Made by a program: the position numbers and the translations under genes. 56,286 bases of DNA. It comes from a virus (taxonomy: Duplodnaviria; Caudoviricetes). Of the stretch, positions 56,193 through 56,286 are shown one piece after another. The stretch lies in IMG/VR virus record IMGVR_UViG_3300034118_001268, positions 1-56,286 of that record. One strand, written 5' to 3'. The notes below the pieces were generated by a model, which was not told the DNA's origin, made no database searches, and saw only the letters and a program-made list of their open reading frames with translations. How positions within the stretch are numbered: position 1 is the stretch's first letter; each line of letters begins with the position of its first letter.

Positions 56193-56286
56193 TGCATGTG
56201 GTCCATGGCGTCCCATTATTGTGAGTCGCCAGGACCATTTCACCGAACTGACGGCCAGACAAATTCTGGCCCACAATGAAGCAGGC
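56119..56286 (+). CDS. Rz1: outer-membrane spanin lipoprotein (truncated by the window end)
   Basis: AGGAG SD; MRLIATSLAIMTLAAG-C lipobox, CGPWRPI...TARQILAHN; not in the ORF track. Confidence 0.75.
   Translation, partial: MRLIATSLAIMTLAAGCSNTGRGIDACGPWRPIIVSRQDHFTELTARQILAHNEAG

Noticed and set aside
56119-56286. Direct circular join of the window end to base 1 extending the o-spanin frame
   Set aside because: The frame stays open across the join, but there is no terminal overlap and the resulting acidic tail does not look like a spanin; some sequence is probably missing.

Overview
The window is almost certainly a near-complete (~56 kb) tailed-phage genome with two divergent arms. Bases 157-27199 (minus strand) carry early and replication genes: a seven-gene nucleotide/DNA-modification cluster, SNF2-type helicase, VRR-NUC, exonucleases, family A DNA polymerase, SSB-like protein, DUF932, an RTX-repeat protein, a DenV-like glycosylase, tRNA-Arg(UCU), J-domain, WYL and primase-helicase genes, driven by repeated TTTACA-17/18-TAnnnT promoters. 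Bases 27633-56286 (plus strand) carry a P22-like podovirus morphogenesis and lysis module: terminase, portal, scaffold, coat, head-closure proteins, three ejection proteins, tailspike, fibre, holin, endolysin and spanins. I recognised no integrase or repressor. Four observations stand out. (1) A cargo cassette between portal and scaffold holds a GNAT protein and three paralogous ADP-ribosyltransferase-like proteins; these share a V(D/E)HDPF peptide, and the portal and the GNAT share a C-terminal 'DGxxYxPxPxRPGKYLxV' module, suggesting a hook-and-tag system for loading effectors into the virion. (2) A DNA hypermodification cluster whose thymidylate-synthase homolog has the dCMP-type Asp, next to an aGPT-Pplase-like transferase, a PLP enzyme and a GDSH protein. 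(3) A conserved (T/A)GCTGAGGAG leader on early genes, with a structured RNA upstream of the primase that carries its complement. (4) Ten proteins starting Met-Ser-Gly with varied codons. All family calls come from motif recognition by eye; no searches were run.
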